DNA of 63,999 bases, the filler included, from Circinaria calcarea (taxonomy: Eukaryota), in NCBI GenBank assembly GCA_051942165.1. It is 9 parts of 9 records of this genome, joined end to end, with 100 filler letters (N's around TTAATTAATTAA, not from the genome) between each part and the next. Parts side by side here need not be neighbours in the genome. Positions count along the whole stretch, not along the records: positions 35,877 to 42,941 come from JAVECS010001417.1; positions 43,042 to 50,102 come from JAVECS010001418.1; 7 more parts are not named here. One strand, 5' to 3'. The translations under genes and the position numbers were made by a program. The notes under the pieces were generated by a model, which saw only the letters and a list, made by a program, of their open reading frames with translations, was not told where the DNA came from and searched no databases. Shown one piece after another: positions 37,339 to 50,202 of the stretch (positions are counted from its first letter, which is position 1; each line of letters begins with the position of its first letter).

Positions 37339-39954
37339 CGATACGTTGATAGCACTGTCTCGGAGATTTCTCAGGGCGATCGCCAGCCAGGTTGAGGCGG
37401 CAGGCATCAATGCAACGTTAAGAGTAATCTATTCAAGAATAATGAAAAGTATAACATCAGCGGGGCGCAAAGTGTGATTGATGCATGCATAAAGCGGTAC
37501 CCGAAATGGCTTCCACCCCCCTTTGGTGCGTAATCCTGCTCCGTACGGTTGAAACCGTGGCAATTCATCCATCAACAGGGACGCCCCGATGCCTTTCCTT
37601 TTCTTCTGCGTCTTGTGAGGAAACCTCCTTCGAAAGCAACCATCGCCTCCGCCTCCGCCAGGTCCAGGGCCCTTGGTCTCTGGCCGTGACTAATCGTCGA
37701 GTGTTCATTGACCCGCCAAACGTCCGGTAACGAATCTCCACGTGAAATGCCATCGCGCACCTGACTGTCTTGTACACGAGTTATGATGCGGTGAGTCCTT
37801 CCATCTCACAATACGGCGGTAGCAAAGATACTAGGCTCTAGTTCCACCAACTCGGTCGTACGGAATCGTGACAGCTTCAGGAGTCCGGTAGATGCTGTGG
37901 AAATCCAAAAGAGTCCACGCGTCGTAGAGAAATTCCTCATCAGCTTCCCAAAGGTTCCATCCCCAATCGGGACTGCCAATCCCAGTTGCAAGCTTGGTTC
38001 GAAGGGTCACTGGTCAGAGGTCGGGGGCAAGCGGGGCATGCAGAATCCGATAAAGACTCTGTGATGGTTCATTGGTGTCGATTCCGAGTAAGCACTAATA
38101 GGCAGCAATCCTCTGGACGAAGAACAGTGGAAATGCCTCGAGCCAACTGCCGCGATCACGGGAGGACTTCGGACGGGCAGGCAGGGCAATGTTGATTCGT
38201 GACCGCAGAAGAACAACCGCCCCCATTTTCTTCTTTTTAGCTGAACGAGGTACGTGTGGTGGTCGGTGCTGTCACATGATCCATCAAAGCCCCTCGGAGT
38301 CCAATCCGGTGCTGCGTAAAGCTGCTGTAAGCTTGGGTGGAGCGCGTCAAGCAATAGGGTACTTTTCGCACATTGTTGCCTCCGTTAGTTGCCGACCACC
38401 ATCTGTCCGGCTGTTCTTTTAACCAAAAGTGGAAAACATCCTGAGGACACACCATTGCCTCGCTTAGATTACCTCGTCTCTAGAACTTCTTCTGCTGGAC
38501 CGATATTGGGCCCATTATCACGGCATGGTACAGTAGCTTCGAATGATAGTGCCGCCGGTGGCGGAAGGCTGAGTTGTGTCTTGTCGCTTTTCCGTTACGC
38601 TTTGCACTCGACAAGTACATCCCGGCCGCCATATCTCCTTGGGGGGGGGGCCGTTGTGCCCAGCTCGGCTACTACGCAGTACGCCTCTGACATGCTTTCT
38701 TGCTTTGTCCGTGTAGGTAGGGTAGCCTCTTGCGGCGAGACTCGAGGCCGAGTATCGGGAAATGTTCCCTTCAACTTCCTTGGGCTCGTCACTCGAGCCG
38801 ACCCTCAATCGAATCTTCCCGGGCCTTTCGGCCCACTTTTGGTGGAGATTTAGAGTTTAGGATCTCGCCGCAAGTCTTAGCGTTGGTGACGTCGCGCGCC
38901 TACCATTTTCAATCGCGACGCTTAAGAAGGCCCCTTTTCTTGGAGTAAGCCCTAAAGCAGTCTGCTATCGGTTTGCTCGTATTCAGGCAGTTTTCTTCCC
39001 GGATAGTCTACTGACATTGTACTGGTGGGCCACCGCCACAACCAATGTGTAGACACGCCCCTACCCTACAATATCAATAGTATGTTGAAGCATCACCATC
39101 CTGCAGGGTGCTAAGTGGGCACAGATGATGATGATTCTCCACTTGGCCGCGGCCTACTCAACTTTCTAATCTGCTCAAATCGCTCCATTCCCTGCTCTCC
39201 CGCTTTGCAACCGATTGACTCGCCCCGGGGGGGGGGTGGGAGAATAGCTTAGAGTACTTATCTCCTGGGCATTCGCATCTTTGGTACTCTACCGCTATGG
39301 TGGCAGTCTATTTCGATCCGGTGAGATATGGCCGTGCGTTGGTCCGTTTGATTCTAGTCCGATGTTAGGCCATGGAAAGGGAGGGTCTGTTCATATGAGC
39401 TTGCCAGACAATAGCGTCTGGGTTCTGAAATGGCTTTTGGCACCCACTGCAAATGTCCGAAGCTAGTCCGGCCGTTTACCGACTTGGCTACCTCACAATG
39501 GTAAACTACGTAGAACGGATTTCGATGGCAGACCCTAGATTTGGCCGAAGGCTATCTGCGCTTAACTACTGTATATAATCCCTACAATCGACGGGGGAAT
39601 GTGCCTCGGTACCTTGATGAGCTACTATTAAGACACGAGGTTACGACTTTAATGGTAGACTTTTAGTGCCTTGGCGACAATGATGGTAGACCGCGACAGA
39701 CATGGTAGACCTCGCCTAATAGTTTGTGTTTTAATACCAGGCCATAATACAATTTTATATGCAAACATGATAGAATTCCATAATATTCTATTTCTAAAAT
39801 GAAAAAACGTCGCGATTTCTTATCAGTACAGGTGGTCGTATTATGACCTATTCCATGACATATTGAATATTTCGGGCGTGTTATAGGTGTAATGGCGCAC
39901 CCCGCAGAGCTGTGCCAAGAAGTCTGAGCAGTACGCGGGCTAGGCGTATTGTTG

Positions 39955-40032
39955 GTACTGGACGTACTGGACGTACTGGACGTACTGGACGTGGGTTACG
40001 TCCACTACGTCCACGACGTCCACGACGTCCAC
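39955..40032. repeat. 9-bp tandem units in head-to-head arrangement: (GTACTGGAC)x4, spacer, (GTCCACKAC)x3.7
   Basis: Read directly. The right arm is a near reverse complement of the left arm. Confidence 0.85.
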
Positions 40033-40261
40033 CCCTTTTTGGAAGGTTCGTGTAACCTCGGAAAGACCTATATAGTCTCAGTCCTTTCCGTAGTATTTGA
40101 CCTGTGTGGTCAAGACCTTACAAGTGTAGCAATATACTTCTATTGTCACTTATTACTTGCCAAGTGATTGGTATAGAACCCGTGCGCATATTACAGAGCC
40201 CCTGCCTTATACCAGTAACTAGCATTGCCTTCGCCTAAGAAGCTTAGGAACGTAACAGCGA

Positions 40262-41929
40262 GGGAGATATATTTTCGTTTAATAAAGGAGGTATATTTTT
40301 ATCTGGCGAGGGAAATTATATTTAATTATTATTATATAACCACCGAAAACAATCAGCACCTTCTTTAATAAATTAATTAAATTTTCATTTCTTTATTCAA
40401 AAAGCCGTTATTATATATTCATAAATAATTTTGGAATAATCAGTATATTAATAGTTATAATAAAGAAAAATTATATTATAATTCAGATTTAAATTTTTTA
40501 CGATATTTTTTATTATTTTGCGGAAGAACGCAATTTTCTCGTTCTGTGAGTATAAGAAATTAATAAAACGACCTTTTTCTAAAAGTCCCAGAAGCGGTGA
40601 TAGAAGAAACTTTAAGAAATTTTTGTTATGCTTCCGATTTAATAAAATAAGCTTATTTATTATTTTCCGGTCGTTGTCGGAATAAAATAAATGGAATTTT
40701 ACGGCGGAAAGTATAAGATTAAACCATGACCCTAGAACACTAGTAATTATATTTATATTAACGTTATTAGTTGCCGCCATTTCTATAATAGTATTAAAGA
40801 GATAACTCAGCCACGATATTATTTTCTAAGAATTAGCTTTTGTGTCTTCTTATCCTTGAAGAAATAATCTAAGGCAGGCTTGGAGGAACTTATTAAGTGA
40901 TAAGCGTGATCGCTCACGGTTATCAATCGACTCCACAAAGACAACAGGGGCCCCGTAGTGGCGAAGATGGGCTAGCGGTAATGACCAATAGACGCCAGTA
41001 CACTGTGATTCTGGGACTTCAAGTCCAAGGGTAAGAACGCCTCCACGAATAAAGATCAGATCGCGTTGATAAACATGAGTGGCTGCAGGACCAACAACTA
41101 TCATGTCCGGGAAAAGATGCCAGGAGCAAAGAGCTAGTATGATTTCGCCATTGGACGGTTGAGAGATGCCATTGATCAGACCTTCCATTTGCGTCAAAGA
41201 ATTCTTCCATGCATGCATTACACTCTCAAAGGTATCCGGATAGTTGTTGACTGGTAATTTGATATTATCAACAATCAAGCTTAGCTGCTTCTGTTGGACT
41301 TTCTTCACCGTATCTGCAGTTCGTAGCCAAGCTCTTGCGCTAGCGTCCCATTCCCTGATTTGTTCGCGGGTGATTTCTTGTTTAGCTGCTGCAAGACTAG
41401 CAAAGTCTGCAATGTTGTGTTCTTCGAAAGCATCCTTGATCTCTTGCTGCCGTTTCTCTAATATCTCCATCTAAACCGACGTTGCTTAAGGCCCATCCTA
41501 CATCCGAGCGAGCATGCAAGCGAGTAGATGAACAGCAATAGCTCCCCGGCCAGATGTGGCAGCAGCCCATACGCTAGTAGCGTCGGTGCCAGCCTGGCTC
41601 GCAAATATTCCATAGCTCTCACGTTTTTGTGGATTAACAACAGACGACTGAGATATTTCCGACGCTCGTTGGCCGTATGCCCTGAAGAGTTCAGGCGTAG
41701 AAGGAAGGATACACTCAAAAAGCGCGCCTAATTTCCGAGCCGTGATATGTGGTGTACCAGCCTCGGCTTGTTCCCGACGGATATTGGACAATGCATCCCC
41801 TACTCCTTTGAATTCCTTCGGTGCCTCAATCTTGTAGAGCGCAAAATCAAAGTTGATATTTGCGAGTGCCGGCGCCACCTCCAACGTCGCGGTTCCGAGC
41901 GAGGGTATCAGTCTGCCTATGGAAGTCAT
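40262..41929 (-). pseudogene. RIP-type mutated pseudogene of an uncharacterised ascomycete protein family
   Basis: One reading frame, LANINFDFALYKIEAPKEF..TARKLGALF..WAAATSG..HLLACMLARM*DGP*ATSV*MEI..VYWSLPLAHLRHYG..LQG*, continues into very AT/TpA-rich degenerate coding sequence. The 3' boundary is approximate. Confidence 0.8.
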
Positions 41930-42873
41930 GTCCGGTTTCCAAGCAGCAGACTAGTCGTATATCCTGTCGATAATGGGACATGCCCTGTTCCAAGTGTTTA
42001 ACTGGCAGGTATGCACCGTTTTGGCAAAAGCCGCGCATGTTGCAACGTTGTACTTAGCTTCGGGGAGAGGACATCCAAGCTGTGATAAGTACCTAAATAG
42101 CATTGGGCAAGGCTGCGGAAGTCGACAAGGCTTCGACAAGGCTGCGAGACTCTTAGGATAAGTGGCAGTTTCGCCTCGCCCAATCCTTAGCATAAAAACT
42201 GCCACTTGTTGTGAAACCTAGCCTGCTAGACACAGAAGCTGTAGATATCTTCGGCATCCGAGCTGTCGAAGGATCGAATACGGTAAAGGCGTGCAGAATT
42301 GCCGCTTTTTAGGCCATTACGATCGGTAATTTTGGAACGGTCATTTGAGCGAAAGAGCAAATAGCTGAAGCTCGTGGGAGCGGAAACAAAATGTGGAGGG
42401 GGTATCACCGGAGTTGGGCTTAGATTCCAACAGCGCTACTTTTGGTGGTTCGGTGTGGTTCCCTCCTCCTGTTCTCTACAGCTATTCGGTATGCACGTGC
42501 TTTGGTGGCAAATAAATGAAAAGGGGCAAATTTTTCAGCGGCTCGAAAATATCGCCGTATTAAGTTTAGCGCAGAGGGCAGGGAGTATTTTGCCTAGGAG
42601 GCATAACTTTCAGCCATAAAAATGTAATAATCAAGGTATCGGAAGGTAGCGATACGATTTACACCGGACTGCTAAATGTCCATTGAGAATCTCCATGATC
42701 CAATGAGTGCGCGGGAGTGATTATTACATGTCCATGGGTCAAGGCGGTGTCCGGAAGTACAGAATGAGATCTTTGTGGGTCCGCTGTAAAAAACTGGGAG
42801 GAATCCAAGTCTAAACTAAACCGCAGATACCCAGAACTCCTTGGACAAACACGCACCACAAATCCATGCCCCT

Positions 42874-42941
42874 ATCTCCCTCCGTCCCCGTGCCTATTCC
42901 CCAGCGCCACCTGGGGAATAGGCACGGGGACGGAGGGAGAT
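42874..42941. repeat. Perfect 31-bp inverted repeat (6-nt loop) ending exactly at the contig end
   Basis: atctccctccgtccccgtgcctattccccag-cgccac-ctggggaataggcacggggacggagggagat. Confidence 0.95.
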
Positions 42942-43041
42942 NNNNNNNNNNNNNNNNNNNNNNNNNNNNNNNNNNNNNNNNNNNNTTAATTAATTAANNN
43001 NNNNNNNNNNNNNNNNNNNNNNNNNNNNNNNNNNNNNNNNN
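42942..43041. other. Artificial contig linker
   Basis: N44-TTAATTAATTAA-N44. Confidence 0.99.
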
Positions 43042-43731
43042 CAAAAAACCCCCACCACCCCCAGGGGGTATTACCCCTAGCCGTAGTGATTGACTGACTG
43101 ACTGACCCCTTCCAGCCTAAGATTCGGGTATTCGGGGGTATGGATGGGACCACCAACATTGGGGAGCGCGGGTGCCCACAAATCTCGAGGTTTAAAATAT
43201 TTTAGATTTTAGCGAGTAATTACGGTTGGTACATGCACGTCCCGTTCCAACTTCTACACAGGGCCGTCGTGGTTTCGAGACGAGCTGAACACGGGGGGGC
43301 CTGATGGACATGTTGGAAAAAAAATATGTCATGGCAATTCAACAAGTGCACAAATGGACCGAAGGATTTGGGGAAAATTGCTACCGAGAATACAAAAGTA
43401 GCCATGGGGGGTATCTAGCTGTAAGCCCTGGCCTGAAATAGCCGAGCTATCAGCCACCAATGCAGAAAAGACGGAAAAAAAAAAAAAAACGCCGTGTGCT
43501 GATGGGTAATACATTTACAATTTTATAGCCGTCCAGCGACTCTAGTGAAAACCCAACTGAGAACCTCCAGCACCTGTTCCGGTTGCAATGCCCTGTTACA
43601 CCTTTGCCGTCTGCCATGCTGGCAAAAGGTACCTTCCCTCCCGAACCATATCGACCATAAAAATGCTTTTGAGAATACAACACGATACCCTAGAAACCAA
43701 ATCACTTTTGAAAACGAAACCACCTCTCGTC

Positions 43732-46700
43732 TCAAACAAACGCACCAGGAATCGGTGGAGATCGTTCTTCCGGCTCAGACACCTGTATGCTGCTCTCCGG
43801 TGATCGAGCCGAATTCGACTCCGGTGGCTGAAAACTCTTCGCTGTATGTGTGCTGCTAGTCCTCATAGACGCTGGCCTTGCTTCCGAAGTCATCCCAGTC
43901 GTCACCGATATCGCGTCATCCTCGAGCACAGAGGGAACCGAAAGCTTCGATCCATCCGTGTGAGCTTGCTTGCGTAGTTTGAACCCTTCCTCCGGTGACA
44001 TGTTCTGCCACTCGGATCCAAAACTAACCACCGAAGCCTTCTTTCCATGTACGGTAAAGCTACCAGTGCCACGGGCAAGTCCTTCCCCTTCATGCACAGA
44101 AGCACCATCATCAACCATGCCAGTAGTCGAGGATGAGTCTCTGCCTTTCCTGACTCGGTGATGCGCGGGCACGTGTGCGTTCTGCAACTTGCGGTGAAGG
44201 CTATGACGAACTTTTGATAGACTGTCGTTCACCTCGTTTTCTGGCGGTTTCGACTTGTCCTCATCATTGGCATTTTCCAGAGCTTTCGATTCCGAAACTA
44301 AAGATTCAGGCGAAAGTAGACCAGCCTCGACTAGCATCTCGTGCTGGTCCTCTTCCGGGCTGACTGCGGGTTGCGCTAAATCCACTACCAGCTGACTTAT
44401 CTCAGTCGAAGGACCCGCGGTAAGAGGGGTTTGGTCTACCACAGCGGAATCGGAGGTTGGACGGACCCGATCATCTGATAAAGAGCCGTATCTAGGCTTT
44501 GTTGAAGAATCTGGCTGAACAAAACCCAAGGGAGGAAGTTCCCAAGAGCCTTGAGACTTGTGTTGTGCTCGAAGCTTTGAAGGAGTTCGAAAAATCTCGT
44601 CCATGCTGAATAACCGCGCCCCAGATGGCTGAGCGACAGGTCGAGAGCTACGAGGACAGGTTTGAGTACTAGGACCAATACTTCCTCGCGAGTTCAGTCG
44701 ATTGAAGCCAGTACTGTTTCGTGACTGGCTAGGGAGCGGTGGGGATGTGATACTAGATTTGACCTTTTCTTGGACTTGTCCGAGATTGGAGGACCCTAGT
44801 TTGATATCTTCATCAAGATCCAATGCAAGAATGTCTCGATGGCATCGCGTTCGCCACGACTCTATCCGAGTTTTCCTGATGCTCGTACCGAGGTGTGATG
44901 CAGCAAGCACTATATCTTCTCGTGTTTTCTGTTGAATTGGAGCCAATAAGCAAAGATGTCTTGCAGTACGTAACAGCATGTCTAATTCTTTTGCCGATAC
45001 CGTGAGCTTCTCGTTGGCTTCGTCGATTTTTTGTGTCAGAATCTGTCGTCTGGCTAACATGACTTGTTGGGCAAGCTCATCGTCAAACCTCCGACTTCTC
45101 CTAGACGCCTCACCGCTTGGACTATTGATGGACTGGGTTGAAACCGATGCGTCAGCCTCGCGCGTTTCCTGAGAACTTTGTGTATCATAATGACCTCCGA
45201 TAACGCCCCTCATTCGTACGCCAGCCGTTCGGAAAGCAGCAGCGTAATTAAGCTTAGCTAGCCAGTCATTCATATCAGCCTCATTGTCCGCAAGAAAGAT
45301 CTCTTCGAATTGATTCTGCCGGGCAAATACAAAAGCATTTTTGTGCTTCCTGTAATTAGCATCCACCAAAGTCACAACGTCCTCGGTAGACAGTAGAAAA
45401 TCCGGCTTGAACTGCTCCAAAGGTGGTTTGAAAACCACGGAAGTGGCCGAGCGCCCATGTTTGTGATGGCTCTCGTACTGATGAACCAGAGATTTGACCC
45501 AGGAAGCATTACGGAAAAAATATAGTTGGGATCCAGTTAGAATAGCACCCCATTCTTGCCAAGGTGATCGAGCTTTCTTCCTCTTGGTATCTTTACGCCA
45601 TAGTATTCCGACCTTGGTGATCTTCATATCAACCACTCCAACCTGTGCTTCAGATGGATTTGTAATTGTTGCTTGCGTCTTGAATGCATCGGGACGAGAT
45701 CGGGAAGACAAAATCTGTATTATTCCGGATCTGAAGAAGGTCCTATGAAGCTCTGTAACGTTATACAAGACTTCTGTACCAAGATAAGTGAAGGGGTCGT
45801 TGAATGTCAAGACATCGTCAAGAGCAGGCCTCAGGGTATCAAGCTTGTTTTCCAGGATCAACGCGTAAGGGTCGACAGGTTCATTCATGGCTTTTTTTAG
45901 GGTGCCTGTCCCAGCTGCCTTGAACCCCTTTTTCGACTTCCGTGTTATGATACGGTCCCCATTGATATCGAGTTCGTCTTCAACGTAGATGAACGGGGTG
46001 TAGGTAATATTATCGTAGAAGCATTCCAGGATAGCCATAGCAACTCCTTGGCCTTGTATGTTCTTCGTGTAATCAGGCTTTTGCATTTTATGCTTATTAT
46101 TTTTGTTGAAAACATCTGTATGCAAAATGAGTATGGAAAAAGCAACAAAGTAAGTCTCGTCTAGTGATGATATGGATTAGTATCAGGCTCAGCATAAAGA
46201 ACGGAAGGGCATACCAGGTGACATGAAGATACCAGGATTACATTCGTGGTATCTATCAGCAAATGACTGAATGGTCCTATCAATTTGCTGGGTCTCCTTT
46301 GGTAACTCAACATGCATTAACATCTTCCTTACAGCCATATCCAAGGGGTCCTCGAAGAATTTGAATCGACGCATATAACTACGGAGCACATTTTTGGTGA
46401 ATTCATCTGTTGACTTGGAAAGTAGGGCCACAACGGCGCCTCGGCTCACCACCTCCTCTAAACGCGCAAGATATTTGGCAGGGGTATCTCCTTCTTGCCG
46501 CTCGGGTACGACAACAGGCGCATCTCTAGGCAGGTTTATCGAATTCTGATTTGACCGTGAAGAAGATGGTGTTCCAGGAAAAGCTATCCCATGTCGAGAG
46601 GTGACAGGCTCTGAGCTCTGTCGTAACCGGGACAAACCAAACAAGCCACCCAGACTTGGTCGGCCAGAAGTAGAGGTAGACGTTCGTGTAGAGAGTGGTA

Positions 46701-47935
46701 GCGTTGGAGTAGGTGGTACTTCATCGTCTGGCACTCTTCGTAGAGAACCCATTGTCGATGATCGACCACGAGCATCAAGCCTTGGTGGGTGACCAACGGT
46801 AGAACGTGAGCGACCAGATCGAGCAGATACTGTGGAATTACTCCGTAAGAGTGATGACCCTGGTGCGGCAAAGTTGATAGACGATCTAGCAAGGGTCGCG
46901 TTCGCGAATGATGCACTCTTTACTGGACTTGGTCTTGCCTTACCATGACCACGAAAGTTGCTCAATGATTGGCGGGTGGGAGAGTCGGATGGGCGACCGC
47001 TTGTGGAATCAGGTGGAGAGATGGTAGGAGGTTCTATCCTCGGAGGCAGAGGGAAAAGGGGGCCTTTGTCCTTCTTTCGGCGTGGAAGTCGAAAGAACGT
47101 GGTCGTGGTTGAGACAGTATGCGTCGTGGTTGTTGTAGCAAATACCCCATGATCCCCTGAGCTCTCATCAGACCGTGAAGACTCTGAATACCTGGTAACG
47201 GGTAGAGCGAGGGTAGAGTGGAGATCGTCCCCATATGCCGGTGGTATTCCCGGTAGTCTTGAAGGCTCGTTGAACGTCGCATGCGACAGCTGGAGGCTTG
47301 GTCGACTACTGTCCAGATTTGTATTCCTGCGAAGTTGATCCGAGGATCCACGGGCTAGAAAGTTGCGAGACGATTTCCTCGACAAACTGCCAGGCGTATC
47401 CGGTGGCTTAGCTCTGCGGGGCAGTATAAAGGCCGACTTCCTCCGTTGGCTCGGATTATCGACAATCTGAGTTGGTGCCGTGGTGATGATTGCAGGGGGA
47501 GCAACTGCGAATCAGACAAGCTTAGTGTCGGGCATTTACTTCTTTCACAGGGAACTCACTCGAGGGCATGGGAGGAACGACCGCCACCGCATGTTCTTTT
47601 GCCGTCTTTGCCAATTGAGAGTCAGACGCATGCCTGAACCTGAGGATGCTGAAGCGTTGGTGCTTCGAAGTCCTCTCCTGTACTGGCGGACTTAACGACC
47701 GGTGAACAACAGGCGGTTCGTTCACTGCAGTCAAAGAGACAACGGAATCATGCAATCTCGCTCGTTGGAATGATTCTCTGGTAGGACTCATGGGCTGTAT
47801 TTGCGGGACTTGGTCACTCCGAGATAGTGAATCGCTGTAGTCGGTAGGGGTGAAAGCACTGTACCGGCGAATTTCCTTTTCGTCAGCCTTGTTACCTCGC
47901 AGTCGAGGCCAAGGCACTGCTAATGGGGGAGCCAT
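43732..47935 (-). CDS. SYT1: Sec7-domain plus PH-domain ARF guanine nucleotide exchange factor (Syt1-like)
   Basis: Exons 47935-47560, 47504-46215, 46160-43732. Sec7 motifs PLDMAVRK..ELPKETQQIDR and YFVAFSILILHTDVFN. PH motifs KVGILWRK, WQEWGAILTGSQLYFF, MNDWLAKLNYAAAF. Confidence 0.88.
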
Positions 47936-48470
47936 GGCATATTATGAGGAATGCGCGAAGGTCGTTGTTTGTATTGTGAATGACTTCGCAACGGTTTAAG
48001 AGCAGTCAAGGAAATCGGTAGCCAGCTGTGTGAGTCGTGCAAGTCGTGCAAGTCGAGTCGGTGAGCGATCAACGCGTCCTTTATGGTATCGGAGAAAACG
48101 AATGGCATATACCGACAAAGCGGTATGTAACGGGCATCAACACAGCTCACAGCTCAGCGAGAGAATGGGTGGATAGAGCTTCCATGGGATGTGTTATGAG
48201 GGCGGGTATCGTGGTAGCATAAAGGCTTCTTCTTCAACTTACGACGTCGTCCGTATTTGGAGACGGCAATTGGACACCCCCCCCCCCTGTCTTTCTTGAA
48301 GATCCGATGTGACGTTCCTCGGCTTTATCGGGGATAGCGGGAGATTGGGGGGGTTTTAACTCTAAAGTTTAAGGCAGCAGTTCAGGTACAGGACAAGAAC
48401 AGACAGACGACAAGCCCGACCATTGTCTGATCATGTAAAGCTCAAGCTGGAGATATAGTCGAATGTCATC

Positions 48471-50102
48471 ATGCGCTGTTCTGGATACTTCTTCTCATCT
48501 CTCGCCATTTCTATCTTGAGCTGCGCCTTCATCCATCCCTCCATCGCACGCGACCTCAATCGGCCATGGTCTCCTTCCCTTCCCTTCCAAATCCCCCAGT
48601 ATGCTACCAGGTCGCAAGATGACCGTCGGCTGTTGACGAAGATAAGAGATGGTGTAGTGCAATACATATGGGGCGCACCTTCGATACAGCAATCTATTCA
48701 TGGCAATGCCCGCCCAAAGTTGTGCAAATCATCTTCTTCGTCAACCCCGCCTCCTCCGGTATTGGCTAGATACGGTGAGGATGTTGTATTGCGCTTCAAC
48801 ATAAAGTCACCAGAGGAATCAAAGGCACTTGCAGTCGCTACCAATGCCCTCTTTCTGGATGTCTGGGAGTTCAACAGTGAATGGGCAGATATCAGACTGG
48901 CAAAGGATGTGGTATGTGGTTTACTGACCATTCTTACATGGTAGTATGCTCAATTGGTTCGATCTCTAGGTTCCTTCGCTACTAGGACTACTCCCGTCTT
49001 CTCTACACCATGCGCATACTCCATTAATGCATGATCTCGCCCAGACCATCTACGAATCTTATCCTTCACCACCTTCGGCAGATGGATCCTTACAATTCCC
49101 CTCGGAAAGCCACCGCGGCTTCAGTGCGTCCCTGCGGACGTCTCCCAATGAGAACAACATCTTCTTCCAAGAATACCAGCCGTTATCAGTCATTATACCC
49201 TGGATGCGACTCCTACAATCCCTGTTCCCGAGTCATGTTCGTATGATTAACATTGGGACGTCGTACGAAGGACGGGATATACCGGCTTTGAGAGTAGGGG
49301 TTCATCCAACCAATTCGGAAAAGCCATCAGGCCCACGAAAGAGTATAATCATCACAGGAGGGTCCCACGCAAGGGAGTGGATCAGTACGAGCACTGTGAA
49401 TTATGTAGCATATTCCATGATCACGGCATATGGCAAATCGCATTGGACAACTAAGGTTGTGGAAGAGTTTGACTGGATCTTCATCCCCACAATAAATCCA
49501 GATGGATATGTTTACACCTGGGAAAACGATCGGCTGTGGCGAAAGAATCGCCAACCCACCAACTTACGGTTCTGCAAAGGCTTAGATATTGATCGTGCAT
49601 ACGGATTTGAGTGGGATGGGGAAGTTTCGAAAACCAATCCTTGCTCCGAAAGCTTCTCTGGCGACGGTCCTTTCCAAGCTGTAGAGTCTCGCCGTCTCGC
49701 GAATTGGGCCAGAAACGAAACAGAGAATAACAACGTGGAATTTGTTGGGTTTCTAGACTTTCACTCTTATTCCCAGCAAGTGTTGTATCCATACTCTTAC
49801 TCTTGTACCTCTGCTCCCCCATCTTTGGAGAATCTTGAGGAGCTCGCATTGGGATTGGCGAAAGCTATTCGTTATGCCACTGGCGAGACTTACGGTGTTA
49901 CATCCGCTTGCGAAGGCAGCGTGACGATGAAGCAGAAGGGTAAGAAGAAATCGGAAGTATGGCCGCGAATTGAGACTGGCGGAGGAAGCGCCTTGGATTG
50001 GTTCTACCATGAGATGAAACTCAAATATGCCTATCAGATCAAGTTGAGGGATACCGGGAGTTATGGGTTCTTACTTCCGAGCAAGAATATCGTTCCTACG
50101 GG
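48471..50102 (+). CDS. ECM14: M14 metallocarboxypeptidase-like protein Ecm14 (pseudopeptidase), 3'-truncated
   Basis: Signal peptide and prodomain. Intron 48912-48969. Motifs [26 protein letters not shown] and [16 protein letters not shown], which has Lys at the catalytic Glu270-equivalent position as in Ecm14. Confidence 0.93.
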
Positions 50103-50202
50103 NNNNNNNNNNNNNNNNNNNNNNNNNNNNNNNNNNNNNNNNNNNNTTAATTAATTAANNNNNNNNNNNNNNNNNNNNNNNNNNNNNNNNNNNNNNNNNN
50201 NN
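50103..50202. other. Artificial contig linker
   Basis: N44-TTAATTAATTAA-N44. Confidence 0.99.

Noticed and set aside
50026..50075. Loss of the catalytic Glu in the carboxypeptidase as a novelty
   Set aside because: Glu-to-Lys at this position is the known hallmark of the Ecm14 pseudopeptidase family.
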